From Gemmobacter sp. (lineage in GTDB: Bacteria; Pseudomonadota; Alphaproteobacteria; Rhodobacterales; Rhodobacteraceae), in NCBI RefSeq assembly GCF_034676705.1, contig NZ_JAUCBS010000006.1:84960-148959 (forward strand): a DNA stretch of 64,000 bases. The letters run 5' to 3'. The stretch's first letter is position 1. Every line of letters starts with the position of its first letter. Positions 18,940-28,424 of this stretch are shown here, in pieces. The position numbers and the translations under genes are program-made. The notes under the pieces are model-generated. The model did no database searches. It was not told the DNA's origin and worked only from the letters and a program-made list of their open reading frames with translations.

Positions 18940-19368
18940 ATGAGTGCCGACACCCCCAAGGACTATGTTCTGGACAGCCAGATCGGCTTTCTTCTGCGGC
19001 AGGCAACCCAGCGCAATTCGCAGATCTTTCAGCGGCATACGTTCGACGACCTGACCACGACCCAGTTTTCCGCGCTGTTCCGGCTGGTGACGATGGGCGA
19101 ATGTTCCCAGAACGAACTGGGCCGGCGCACCGCCATGGACGTGGCCACCATCAAGGGCGTCGTCGACCGGCTGCGCAAGAAGGGTTACATCGCCACGCGC
19201 GAGGACGAGAACGACCGCCGCCGCACCCTGCTGTGCATCGCCCCCGGGCACGAGGGGCTGCGCGAACGGCTGTCCGATCTGGGCACCAGGGTGACCAACG
19301 AAACGCTGGGCACGCTGAACGCCGCGGATCGCCGGCAGCTGCTGGACCTGCTGGGCAAGATCATCTGA
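18940..19368 (+). CDS. MarR family transcriptional regulator
   Basis: ATG at 18940 lies within ORF 18820..19368 and follows GGGAGAGAGAG. Winged HTH is QFSALFRLVTMGECSQNELGRRTAMDVATIKGVVDRLRKKGYIATREDENDRRR. Confidence 0.88.
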   Translation: MSADTPKDYVLDSQIGFLLRQATQRNSQIFQRHTFDDLTTTQFSALFRLVTMGECSQNELGRRTAMDVATIKGVVDRLRKKGYIATREDENDRRRTLLCIAPGHEGLRERLSDLGTRVTNETLGTLNAADRRQLLDLLGKII

Positions 19369-19387
19369 CACCGTTGCAACGCCGGGC

Positions 19388-19428
19388 TTGACAGGGCCGG
19401 ATTTCCGCTATTTCATTCGTATACGAAT
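19388..19428 (+). promoter_or_regulatory. Predicted fdxA promoter (TTGACA-N17-TTTCAT) with the perfect 14-bp palindrome ATTCGTATACGAAT (19415..19428)
   Basis: TTGACA lies at 19388..19393. The palindrome overlaps the -10/+1 region, 22 nt upstream of the fdxA ATG. Confidence 0.45.
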
Positions 19429-19449
19429 AAATATCGGGGCCAGCCGCAG

Positions 19450-19779
19450 ATGACCTATGTCGTGACCGATGCCTGCGTGAACTGCAAATATACCGATTGC
19501 GTCGAGGTTTGCCCGGTGGATTGCTTTTACGAAGGCGCCAACATGCTGGCGATCCACCCGGACGAATGCATCGACTGCGGCGTCTGCGAACCGGAATGCC
19601 CGGTCGATGCGATCCGCCCGGATACCGAGGTGGCAGACAGCCCCTGGCTGGCGCTGAACGCCCGCATGGCCGCGATCTGGCCCAACCTGAACACCCGCAA
19701 GGATCCGATGCCCGCGCATGACCATTGGGCCGGCGTGGCCGACAAGATCGCGCTGGTTTGCGAAACCGCCCCTTCCTGA
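19450..19779 (+). CDS. fdxA: 7Fe ferredoxin ([3Fe-4S][4Fe-4S], Azotobacter/Rhodobacter FdII type)
   Basis: [28 protein letters not shown]...[20 protein letters not shown]. Confidence 0.93.
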   Translation: MTYVVTDACVNCKYTDCVEVCPVDCFYEGANMLAIHPDECIDCGVCEPECPVDAIRPDTEVADSPWLALNARMAAIWPNLNTRKDPMPAHDHWAGVADKIALVCETAPS

Positions 19780-19818
19780 CCCTGCCGCGCCACAGGCGCG
19801 CCCAGCCGGACATCCGCC

Positions 19819-20631
19819 ATGACCGATACCATCCTTCAGCCTGCGACCTATCCCATCCCTGCCAACTGCTTTGCGCAGACCGTGACCGAGGTGCAGCACC
19901 ATACCGACCGGCTGTTCCGGTTCCGCATCACCCGGCCATCCAGTTTCCGGTTCCGGTCGGGGGAATTCGTGATGATCGGCCTGCCCAATGCCGAACGCCC
20001 CGTCATGCGGGCCTATTCCATCGCCTCGTCGGCATGGGAGGAGACGATCGAGTTCTATTCGATCAAGGTTCCCGGCGGCCCGCTGACCGAAAGCCTGCAA
20101 CGCATCCGCGAAGGCGATACCGTGCTGATGCGCAAGAAGCCTACGGGCACGCTGGTGCTGGACGCGCTGTTGCCGGGCAAGCGGCTGTGGATGTTTTCCA
20201 CCGGCACCGGGATTGCCCCCTTCGCCTCGTTGATCCGCGAGTTCGAGACCTATGAGAAATTCGGTCAGGTGATCCTGACCCACACCTGCCGCGACGTGGC
20301 CGAACTGGCCTATGGCGAGGCGTTGATGGCCGGGATCCGCGCCGATGACACCCTGTCCGAGATGGTCGGCGACAAGCTGCGGTTGTACAACACCGTCACC
20401 CGCGACGCCGCATTTCCCCGTCAGGGCCGCATCACCGATCTGATGACAGGCGGCCGGATCTTTGCCGATCTGGGGGTGCCCCCGATCACGCCCGAAACCG
20501 ACCGCGGCATGATCTGCGGGTCGATGGCGATGCTGCGTGACACCAAGGCGGTGCTGGAGAGATTCGGCCTGACCGAGGGCGCGAACAGCAGCCCCGGAAC
20601 CTTTGTCGTTGAACGCGCCTTTGTGGACTGA
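19819..20631 (+). CDS. fpr: Ferredoxin--NADP(+) reductase, bacterial subclass I (Fpr)
   Basis: Blocks FRFRSGEFVMIGL, RAYSIAS, GTGIAPFASL and the C-terminus FVVERAFVD. Confidence 0.9.
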   Translation: MTDTILQPATYPIPANCFAQTVTEVQHHTDRLFRFRITRPSSFRFRSGEFVMIGLPNAERPVMRAYSIASSAWEETIEFYSIKVPGGPLTESLQRIREGDTVLMRKKPTGTLVLDALLPGKRLWMFSTGTGIAPFASLIREFETYEKFGQVILTHTCRDVAELAYGEALMAGIRADDTLSEMVGDKLRLYNTVTRDAAFPRQGRITDLMTGGRIFADLGVPPITPETDRGMICGSMAMLRDTKAVLERFGLTEGANSSPGTFVVERAFVD

Positions 20632-20705
20632 TCCTGATTTTTGATCAACGTTTCCGGCATGTTGTGCCATGGATCGGCAAGATTGGAATACAGCCGGCAT
20701 ACCAC

Positions 20706-20752
20706 TTGACAGGCAGAATCATCCATGCGTTAATCGTTAGAATGCAAACAAA
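20706..20752 (+). promoter_or_regulatory. Predicted promoter of the 11-kb operon (TTGACA-N17-GTTAAT) overlapped by shared operator copy 3, ATCGTTAGAATGCAAACAAA (20733..20752)
   Basis: TTGACA at 20706..20711 and GTTAAT at 20729..20734. The operator begins inside the -10 element, the same geometry as at hnr. Confidence 0.5.
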
Positions 20753-20847
20753 AATACACCTCGGCCGGCCCTCTGGGTCACGCCGGAAAGGTGATGCAGC
20801 AGATGCGCCAGCAACGGTCTGGCAATGACCACAGGGGGTCGTGAAAG

Positions 20848-22164
20848 ATGGGTTCTGTCCGTCAGATGCGCTTGGTTGCCTATTCGAAAACCGGGCCGAC
20901 GGCGCGTCACATGGGGGGCTGGCGCCACCCGGAATCGATGCTGGACGATTTTCTGACCCCGGCTCGCTATGCGCAATACGCCCGCACGCTGGAAGATGCC
21001 AAGTTCGATGGCTGCTTCTTTGCCGACCTGATCGGGATCTACGACATCTACGGCGGCAACTATGACACATATGTCCGCAACGGCGGGCAGATCAGCTATC
21101 TGGATCCCAAGGTCGTGCTGCCGGTGATGGCGGCGGCGACCAGCCATCTGGGGCTGGGCATCACGCTGTCGACCACCTTTCACAACGCCTATCACCTGTC
21201 GCGCTGGCTGCAATCGCTGGATGTCCTCAGCAATGGCCGGGCCGCGTGGAACGTGGTCACCTCGGCTGCCGAGCTGGAGGCGCAGAATGTCGGCGCCACC
21301 CTGCCGCCGCGCAACGAACGCTATGACCGCGCGGACGAATTCCTTGAGGCGTGTTTTGCCCTGTGGAACAGCTGGGATGAGGATGCCTTTGTCCTCGACA
21401 AGGAAAAGGGCGTCTTTGCCGACCCGGCCAAGGTGCATTACGTGAACTATTCCGGCCGCTGGACCAGCGCGCGCGGACCCCTGCCCACGCCGCGCAGCCC
21501 GCAGGGGCGGCCGGTCATCATGCAGGCCGGCAGTTCCGACCGCGGCCGCGATTTTGCCGCCCGCTGGGCCGAGGCGATCTTTACCGACCAGCGCACCCTG
21601 CCCGCGCTGAAGGCATTCTACGACGACATCAAGACGCGCATGGTTGCCCATGGCCGACGGCCGGAACACTGCGCCATCCTGCAAGCCAGCACCTTCGTGA
21701 TCGGCGAAACCGAATCCATCGCCCGCGAACGCGCCGCCTATCTGAAAAGTCTGGTAATGCCCGAAACCTGGGCCGCCCGGGTTTCCGGCAGCCTGGGGGC
21801 CGATGTCAGCAAGATTCAGACCGAACAGGATCTGGCCGCGCTGCAAGGCAACCAGGGCATCCGGGGTGCCGAAGACCGCATCCACCAGACCGTCCGGGAA
21901 AAGGGCATGACCCTTGCCGAAGCCGCCGTCGATGACAAGAACGACGAAATCGTCGGCACACCGTCGCAGGTGGCTGACCACCTGCAACACATCTTCGAAA
22001 GCGGCGCCTGCGACGGCTTCATCGTGGCGCCGACCTATTTCCCTGGCATGATCGAACAGTTCTGCCGCTCGGTCGTGCCGGAACTGCAACGGCGGGGCCT
22101 GTTCCGCAAGGAATATACCGGCAAAACCCTGCGGGAAAATCTGCTGGGGGTCGCAGCCGCCTGA
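20848..22164 (+). CDS. LLM-class flavin-dependent monooxygenase, NtaA/SnaA/DszA/SoxA family (copy 1)
   Basis: 438 aa. Blocks MRLVAYSKTGPTARHMGGWRHP, AAWNVVTS, RYDRADEFLE and a C-terminus ending FRKEYTGKTLRENL. An alternative start is at 20866. Confidence 0.85.
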   Translation: MGSVRQMRLVAYSKTGPTARHMGGWRHPESMLDDFLTPARYAQYARTLEDAKFDGCFFADLIGIYDIYGGNYDTYVRNGGQISYLDPKVVLPVMAAATSHLGLGITLSTTFHNAYHLSRWLQSLDVLSNGRAAWNVVTSAAELEAQNVGATLPPRNERYDRADEFLEACFALWNSWDEDAFVLDKEKGVFADPAKVHYVNYSGRWTSARGPLPTPRSPQGRPVIMQAGSSDRGRDFAARWAEAIFTDQRTLPALKAFYDDIKTRMVAHGRRPEHCAILQASTFVIGETESIARERAAYLKSLVMPETWAARVSGSLGADVSKIQTEQDLAALQGNQGIRGAEDRIHQTVREKGMTLAEAAVDDKNDEIVGTPSQVADHLQHIFESGACDGFIVAPTYFPGMIEQFCRSVVPELQRRGLFRKEYTGKTLRENLLGVAAA

Positions 22165-22240
22165 GTTTACGTTACGACAACGAGAGGCCGGAAAAAATCC
22201 GGCCCGGCCACCAACAGTCCAACCAGGAGAGACAGCCGCC

Positions 22241-23110
22241 ATGTCGGTTTTGAACCAAGTCAGGAAATTCTCGCTTGTCGCCACGCTGGCGATCAGCAGC
22301 CTTGCCACCGCCGCAACCGCCCAGACCATCGCCGCAGACGAGGCCGCGCGGGCGGCCCTGCCGGAAAACGTGCGCGCCGGGGGCGAGCTGCTGGTGGCCA
22401 CGTCGCTGCAATGGGCCCCCTTCGCCTATCGCTCTGCCAGCAACGAGGCGGTGGGCATCGACATCAGCCTGATGAACATCATCGCAGGCAAGCTGGGCCT
22501 GACCGCCAAGCTGGACGACATCAAGTTCCCCACCATCGTGCCGGGCGTGTCGACCGGGCGCTATCATGTGGGCGTCAACCAGCTGTCCATCACCAAGGAA
22601 CGTCTGGCCGCCGTCGACATGGTGCCCTATTTCATCACCACCAGCGTGGTGCTGGTGCAAAAGGGCAAGACGGACATCGACATCAACAACCTGTGCGGCA
22701 AGACCTTTGTCGTGACGCAAGGCAGCGTGCAGGTGACCCAGCTGGAAGAAGTGTCGAAGGCCTGCGAGGCCCGCGGGGCACAGCCGATCACCCAGCAGCT
22801 TTATCCCAGCAGCGCCGAAACCCTGCTGGCCGTGGCCAACGGGCGGGGCGATGCCTTTCTGACCGCCGCGCCGCAGGCCCATTACATCGCCAGCGTCAAC
22901 GACAAGGTCGAGGTGATCCCCGGCGATGTGAACGTGTCGCGCGCGCCCGCCGGCATCGTGGTGGAAAAGGGCAATGCCGCCATGCGCAAGGCCGTGGGGC
23001 TGGCCCTGATCAGCGCGATCAACGACGGGTCGTATCAGGCGCTGCTGGACGAATACGGCGTCGGGTCCGGTGCGGTTCCGGTGGATACCATCCGCGCCGC
23101 CATCGAATGA
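22241..23110 (+). CDS. Polar amino-acid-type ABC transporter substrate-binding protein (SBP family 3)
   Basis: AGGAGA RBS. Signal peptide ends ATAATAQT. GIDISLMNIIAGKLGL block. Confidence 0.85.
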   Translation: MSVLNQVRKFSLVATLAISSLATAATAQTIAADEAARAALPENVRAGGELLVATSLQWAPFAYRSASNEAVGIDISLMNIIAGKLGLTAKLDDIKFPTIVPGVSTGRYHVGVNQLSITKERLAAVDMVPYFITTSVVLVQKGKTDIDINNLCGKTFVVTQGSVQVTQLEEVSKACEARGAQPITQQLYPSSAETLLAVANGRGDAFLTAAPQAHYIASVNDKVEVIPGDVNVSRAPAGIVVEKGNAAMRKAVGLALISAINDGSYQALLDEYGVGSGAVPVDTIRAAIE

Positions 23111-23206
23111 TGTGCCCTTCGGCGGACCAGTCGTGATGGTCCGCCGGTTCCAGCCATGTGCGGGCGCCCGGCCGGGCGCGATTCCCTGCAAGCGAAAGGG
23201 ACAGTC

Positions 23207-24105
23207 ATGTCCACAAGTCCTGATGCCGATGCGAAAAGCTGGCCCGGAGCGGACTCGGCGGCCGAGCAGATCGTCGATCCGCGGCATTATGGTCGCTGGG
23301 TGGCGGTCGCCGCCGTGGCGCTGTTCCTGATCTGGGTTGCCTATCAGCTTGTCACCAATGACGGTTTCCAGTGGGAGATCGTCTTCAGCTACCTGTTCCA
23401 CCCCAACGTGCTGCGCGGCATCCTGATGACCTTGCAGCTGACGGTTCTGGTCATGGCGATCGGGGTGGTCATCGGCATTGTCGTAGCCCTGATGAAGATG
23501 TCGCGCGATCCGCTGCTGAACGGCGTTGCGCATGGCTTCGTGTGGTTCTTTCGCGGCACGCCGGTGCTGGTGCAGCTGGTGTTCTGGTACAACCTGGCGG
23601 CGCTGTTCCCCATGCTGTCGCTGGGCATCCCGTTCGACGGGCCGAAGTTCTATGAAATCTCGGCCACGGTGGCGATTTCGTCGTTCACGGCTGCCATGCT
23701 GGGGCTTGGCCTGAACGAAGGCGCCTATATGGCGGAAATCATCCGCGCCGGGTTGCTGTCGGTCGACCATGGCCAGACCGAGGCATCCAAGGCGCTTGGC
23801 CACAAGCCGCGCCAGACGTTTTTCGTGGTCGTGCTGCCCCAGGCGATGAAGGCGATCATCCCGCCCACCGGCAACCAGTTCATCGGCATGCTGAAATTCA
23901 CCTCGCTGGCCAGCATCGTGGCGGTACATGAACTGATGCATTCGGTCGAATCCATCTACAACCGCACCTATGAAACGATGCCGCTGCTGATCGTCGCGGC
24001 GCTGTGGTACTTGTTCATGGTCAGCATCCTGTCGGTGGTGCAGTATTTCATCGAACGCCATTACCTCAAGGGCTGGCGGTCCGAGATCCCGACGCCGGTG
24101 CAAGC

Positions 24106-24109
<4 letters not shown>
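23207..24109 (+). CDS. Amino-acid ABC transporter permease (HisM/GlnP type)
   Basis: ATG at 23207 lies within ORF 23156..24109 and follows AAGGGA. EAA loop is EASKALGHKPRQTFFVVVLPQA. Confidence 0.85.
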
Positions 24110-24933
<824 letters not shown>

Positions 24934-24960
24934 CCTGAGCAAGGTTTCGGAGAGAAGACC

Positions 24961-26265
24961 ATGCAGAAAATGATGCATCTGGGCTCGCTGTCGCATGGCG
25001 TGGGCGCCCATGTTGCCGGCTGGCGGCTGCCGGGGGCCGAAACGCACAAGGAACGGCTGTCTGTCGTCGTCCATGCGGTAAAGACGGCGGAACGCGGCAA
25101 GTTCGACCTGGTGTTCTTTGCCGATGCCGTCAACACCGGCGCCGATGCCGCGCCCAGCTTCGTGGTGCGGTTCGAACCCCTGACCCTGCTGGGCGCGCTG
25201 TCGGCGCTGACCGACCGGATCGGGCTGGTTGCCACCGTATCGACCACCTATTCCGAACCCTACAACGTGGCGCGGGCGCTGGCCTCGCTGGATCATCTGT
25301 CGCAGGGGCGGGTGGGCTGGAACGTCGTCACCGGATCCAGCCCCGATGCCGCTGCCAACTTTTCCCGCGACAAGCACCCGCCGCATGACGAACGCTATGC
25401 CCAGGCCGAGGAATACCTTCAGGTTGCCAAGGGCCTGTGGGACAGCTGGGAAGATGGCGCCGTGGTGGCCGACAAGAACAGCGGCGTCTACATCGACCCC
25501 GGCAAGATGCACGAGCTGAACCATTCGGGCCGGTTCTTCAAGGTGAAAGGCCCGCTGAACGCCAGCCGCCCGCCGCAGGGCTACCCGGTGATCTTTCAGG
25601 CCGGGGCATCGGATCGCGGCATGGAATTTGCCGGCGCCACCGCCGAGGTGGTGTTCGCCACCCAGTCGTTCGTCGAGGATGCGCTGGAGTTTTCCCGCAA
25701 GCTGCGCGACCAGGCCGAGGCGGCGGGGCGCCCGCGCGATGCCCTGCGCATCCTGCTGGGGGTGTCGCCCATCATCGGCGACACCGAGGAAGAGGCCCAT
25801 GCCATCATCGCCCGGCTGGGCGAGATGGTGGATCCGGTCACCTCGATGCGGGTGCTGTCGGACCGGATCGGCACCGACCTTGGCCAGTTCGACCTGGACG
25901 GCCCGCTGCCCGACCTGCCGCCCTCGACCATGATGCAGGGCCATGCCCGGGTGCTGCAAGCCATCGCCAAACGGCGCAACATGACCATCCGGCAGTTGCG
26001 CGATTATGCGGCGGTCAGTTCCGGCCACCGGGTGGTGGTCGGCACGCCGGTGCAGGTGGCCGACGATCTGGAACACTGGTTCCGCAGCGGCGCCTGCGAC
26101 GGCTTTGCCATCATGGCGCCCTACATGCCGCAACCGTTCGAGGATTTCGTCGACAAGGTCGTGCCGATCCTTCAGGACCGCGGGCTGTTCCGCAAGGAAT
26201 ACGCCGGCACCACCCTGCGCGACCATCTGGGGCTGGACCGGCCCGCCCATCCGGCTGCGGTCTGA
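24961..26265 (+). CDS. LLM-class flavin-dependent monooxygenase, NtaA/SnaA/DszA/SoxA family (copy 2)
   Basis: 434 aa. Blocks MHLGSLSHGVGAHVAGWRLP, VGWNVVTGS, RYAQAEEYLQ and FRKEYAGTTLRDHL. Confidence 0.85.
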   Translation: MQKMMHLGSLSHGVGAHVAGWRLPGAETHKERLSVVVHAVKTAERGKFDLVFFADAVNTGADAAPSFVVRFEPLTLLGALSALTDRIGLVATVSTTYSEPYNVARALASLDHLSQGRVGWNVVTGSSPDAAANFSRDKHPPHDERYAQAEEYLQVAKGLWDSWEDGAVVADKNSGVYIDPGKMHELNHSGRFFKVKGPLNASRPPQGYPVIFQAGASDRGMEFAGATAEVVFATQSFVEDALEFSRKLRDQAEAAGRPRDALRILLGVSPIIGDTEEEAHAIIARLGEMVDPVTSMRVLSDRIGTDLGQFDLDGPLPDLPPSTMMQGHARVLQAIAKRRNMTIRQLRDYAAVSSGHRVVVGTPVQVADDLEHWFRSGACDGFAIMAPYMPQPFEDFVDKVVPILQDRGLFRKEYAGTTLRDHLGLDRPAHPAAV

Positions 26266-26267
26266 TC

Positions 26268-27383
26268 ATGGCCATGGTGATGCAGGCGGTGCTGCTGACC
26301 GGCCATGGCGGGCCCGAGATGCTGCACTACCGCCAGGACGTGCCCCGCCCCACCGCCGGACCGGGCGAGGTGCTGGTGCGCCTGCGGGCGGCGGCGGTGA
26401 ACAACACCGACATCGCCACGCGCACCGCCTGGTATGCCCCCGCGCCGACCGATGGCGCGGATCAGGCCGATGCGCCCCGCATCGTCACCTTCAGCAAGCG
26501 CACGATCGACTTTCCCCGCATCCAGGGGGCAGGCGGCGCGGGGGTGATCGCGGCCGTGGGCCCCGGCGTGCCGGGCGACCGGGTGGGCCAGGTGGTGGTC
26601 GTCGATCCCTACCTGCGCGACCCTGCGCTGCCGCCTCCGGCGCAGCTGTCGGTCTTCATGGGCAGCGGCTGCGATGGCTGTTTTGCCGATTATGTCACGG
26701 TCCGGGCCGAAAATGCGCTGGCCATCCGCGCGCCGATGACCTTTGCCGAACTGGCCTGCCTGCCCGTCGCCTACCAGACCGCGCAGGAAATGGTCACGCG
26801 GGGCCGCATCGGCCCGGGCGACCGGGTGGTGGTCACTGGTGCATCGGGTGGGGTGGGGTTCGCCAACCTGCAACTGGCCAGGCTGCGCGGGGCCTCGGTT
26901 CTGGCCGTGGCCGGCGCCGACAAGCACGCCGCGCTGCGCGATCTGGGCGCCGATCAGGTGATCGGCCGCGATGCCGATGTGTCGGCGGCGGCCGAGGCGC
27001 TGTGGGGCGAACGCCCGGTGGATGTGGTGCTGGACGTGGCCGGCGGCCCGGCCTTTGGCAACCTGCTGCACAGCCTGCGGCGCGGCGGGCGGCTGGTCTG
27101 CGCCGGGGCCATCGCGGGCGCCATGGCCGACATCGACCTGCGCGTCGTCATCTACCGCGATCTGGAGATCCTGGGCGTTGGCACCTCGCAGCCGCAGGTG
27201 ATGCAGGCGCTGCTGGATCAGGCGGAAACCGGCAAGCTGCACCCGGTGATCAGCCATGTCCTGCCGCTGTCCGATCTGGCCAAGGCGCAGGCGCTGTTCC
27301 AGGCGAAATCCCATGTCGGCAAGATCGTGATCGACATTCACCGCGCGGCCGACACCGCCCTGCCCCAGCCCCTGGAAGGATGA
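26268..27383 (+). CDS. MDR-superfamily NAD(P)H-dependent oxidoreductase (quinone oxidoreductase / Zn-ADH-like)
   Basis: ATG at 26268 lies within ORF 25437..27383, 3 nt after the upstream stop. Blocks GEVLVRLRAAAVNNTD, VVVTGASGGVG and GKIVI. Confidence 0.8.
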   Translation: MAMVMQAVLLTGHGGPEMLHYRQDVPRPTAGPGEVLVRLRAAAVNNTDIATRTAWYAPAPTDGADQADAPRIVTFSKRTIDFPRIQGAGGAGVIAAVGPGVPGDRVGQVVVVDPYLRDPALPPPAQLSVFMGSGCDGCFADYVTVRAENALAIRAPMTFAELACLPVAYQTAQEMVTRGRIGPGDRVVVTGASGGVGFANLQLARLRGASVLAVAGADKHAALRDLGADQVIGRDADVSAAAEALWGERPVDVVLDVAGGPAFGNLLHSLRRGGRLVCAGAIAGAMADIDLRVVIYRDLEILGVGTSQPQVMQALLDQAETGKLHPVISHVLPLSDLAKAQALFQAKSHVGKIVIDIHRAADTALPQPLEG

Positions 27384-27387
27384 CCCG

Positions 27388-27924
27388 ATGCCCGGCCCGC
27401 ATGACTGGCTGTTCGTGATCGACCTGCAACCGGGGTTCAGCAACCCCGCCAGCCCGTGGTTTTCGCCCGCGCTGGCGCCGGCGGCGGCCAATATCGCCCG
27501 GCTGGTGCCCGCCTTTGGCGACCGGGTGCTGTTTTCGCGCTTTGTCCCGCCGGCAGAGGTGGCCGGGGCCTGGCAGGCCTATTACCAGCGGTGGGCCTTT
27601 GCGCGGGATCCGGCGAATGACTGGATGTGGCAGGTTGACCAGCCCTGGGGCGATTATCCCAGCATGGCCAGCCATACCCTGTCGAAATGGCTGCCCGAGG
27701 CGACGCGCCATTTCGACCCGGCGGGCGAGGTGGTGATCTGCGGTGTATCCACCGATTGCTGCGTGCTGGCCACCGCGCTGGCAGCGGTGGACAGCGGCCA
27801 GCATTGTCGCGTGGTCGCCGATGCCTGCGCCGCCACGCCCGAACTGCACGCCGCCACGCTGGCCATCCTGAAGATGCGCGCGCCCATCCTGCGGCTGACC
27901 GATACGGCGACGGAACTGGGATAG
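27388..27924 (+). CDS. Isochorismatase-family cysteine hydrolase (nicotinamidase / NicF / RutB-like superfamily)
   Basis: 178 aa. Blocks VIDLQPGF and ICGVSTDCCVLATALAAVDSG carry the catalytic Asp and Cys context. Confidence 0.75.
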   Translation: MPGPHDWLFVIDLQPGFSNPASPWFSPALAPAAANIARLVPAFGDRVLFSRFVPPAEVAGAWQAYYQRWAFARDPANDWMWQVDQPWGDYPSMASHTLSKWLPEATRHFDPAGEVVICGVSTDCCVLATALAAVDSGQHCRVVADACAATPELHAATLAILKMRAPILRLTDTATELG

Positions 27925-27929
27925 GCGCC

Positions 27930-28424
27930 ATGGCAGATCAGGTCGCGTTCACGCTGAACGGTCGCGCGGTTGCCATACCGGCCGCCGGGACGCGCGCCCT
28001 GCTGGATGTGCTGCGCGGCGACTTTGGCCTGCATGGCCCGAAATACGGCTGCGGCCTGGCACAATGCGGCGCCTGCATGGTGCTGGTCGATGGCCAGCCC
28101 GCCCGCGCCTGCGTGCTGCGCACCGGCCGGGTTGCCGGCCGCCATGTCACCACGCTGGAGGGGCTGGCCGATCCGGCGACGGGCCGGCTGCACCCGGTCC
28201 AGCAGGGGTTCGTCCAGGCCGAGGGCGCGCAATGCGGCTATTGCCTGAACGGCATGGTGATGACCGCCGTCGCCCTGCTGGCCCGCGACCCTGACCCCGA
28301 CGACGACCGCATCCGCGCCGCATTGCGCCACAACCTGTGCCGCTGCGGCACCCATCAGGAGATCATCGCCTCGGTCCGCCGGGCGGCGGTGCTGTTGGCC
28401 GAACAGCGGGCGGCAGCGCCATGA
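27930..28424 (+). CDS. (2Fe-2S)-binding small subunit of a molybdenum hydroxylase (NicA/IorA-like)
   Basis: ATG at 27930 lies within ORF 27687..28424. Blocks GCGLAQCGACMV and QCGYCLNGMVM...CRCGTH. Confidence 0.88.
   Translation: MADQVAFTLNGRAVAIPAAGTRALLDVLRGDFGLHGPKYGCGLAQCGACMVLVDGQPARACVLRTGRVAGRHVTTLEGLADPATGRLHPVQQGFVQAEGAQCGYCLNGMVMTAVALLARDPDPDDDRIRAALRHNLCRCGTHQEIIASVRRAAVLLAEQRAAAP

Noticed and set aside
22186-22204. Hairpin GGCCGGA-AAAAA-TCCGGCC between the first LLM monooxygenase and the binding-protein gene.
   Set aside because: No U-tract follows on the coding strand, and the genes appear co-transcribed. It is more likely an mRNA-stability or processing element than a terminator, so I did not call it.
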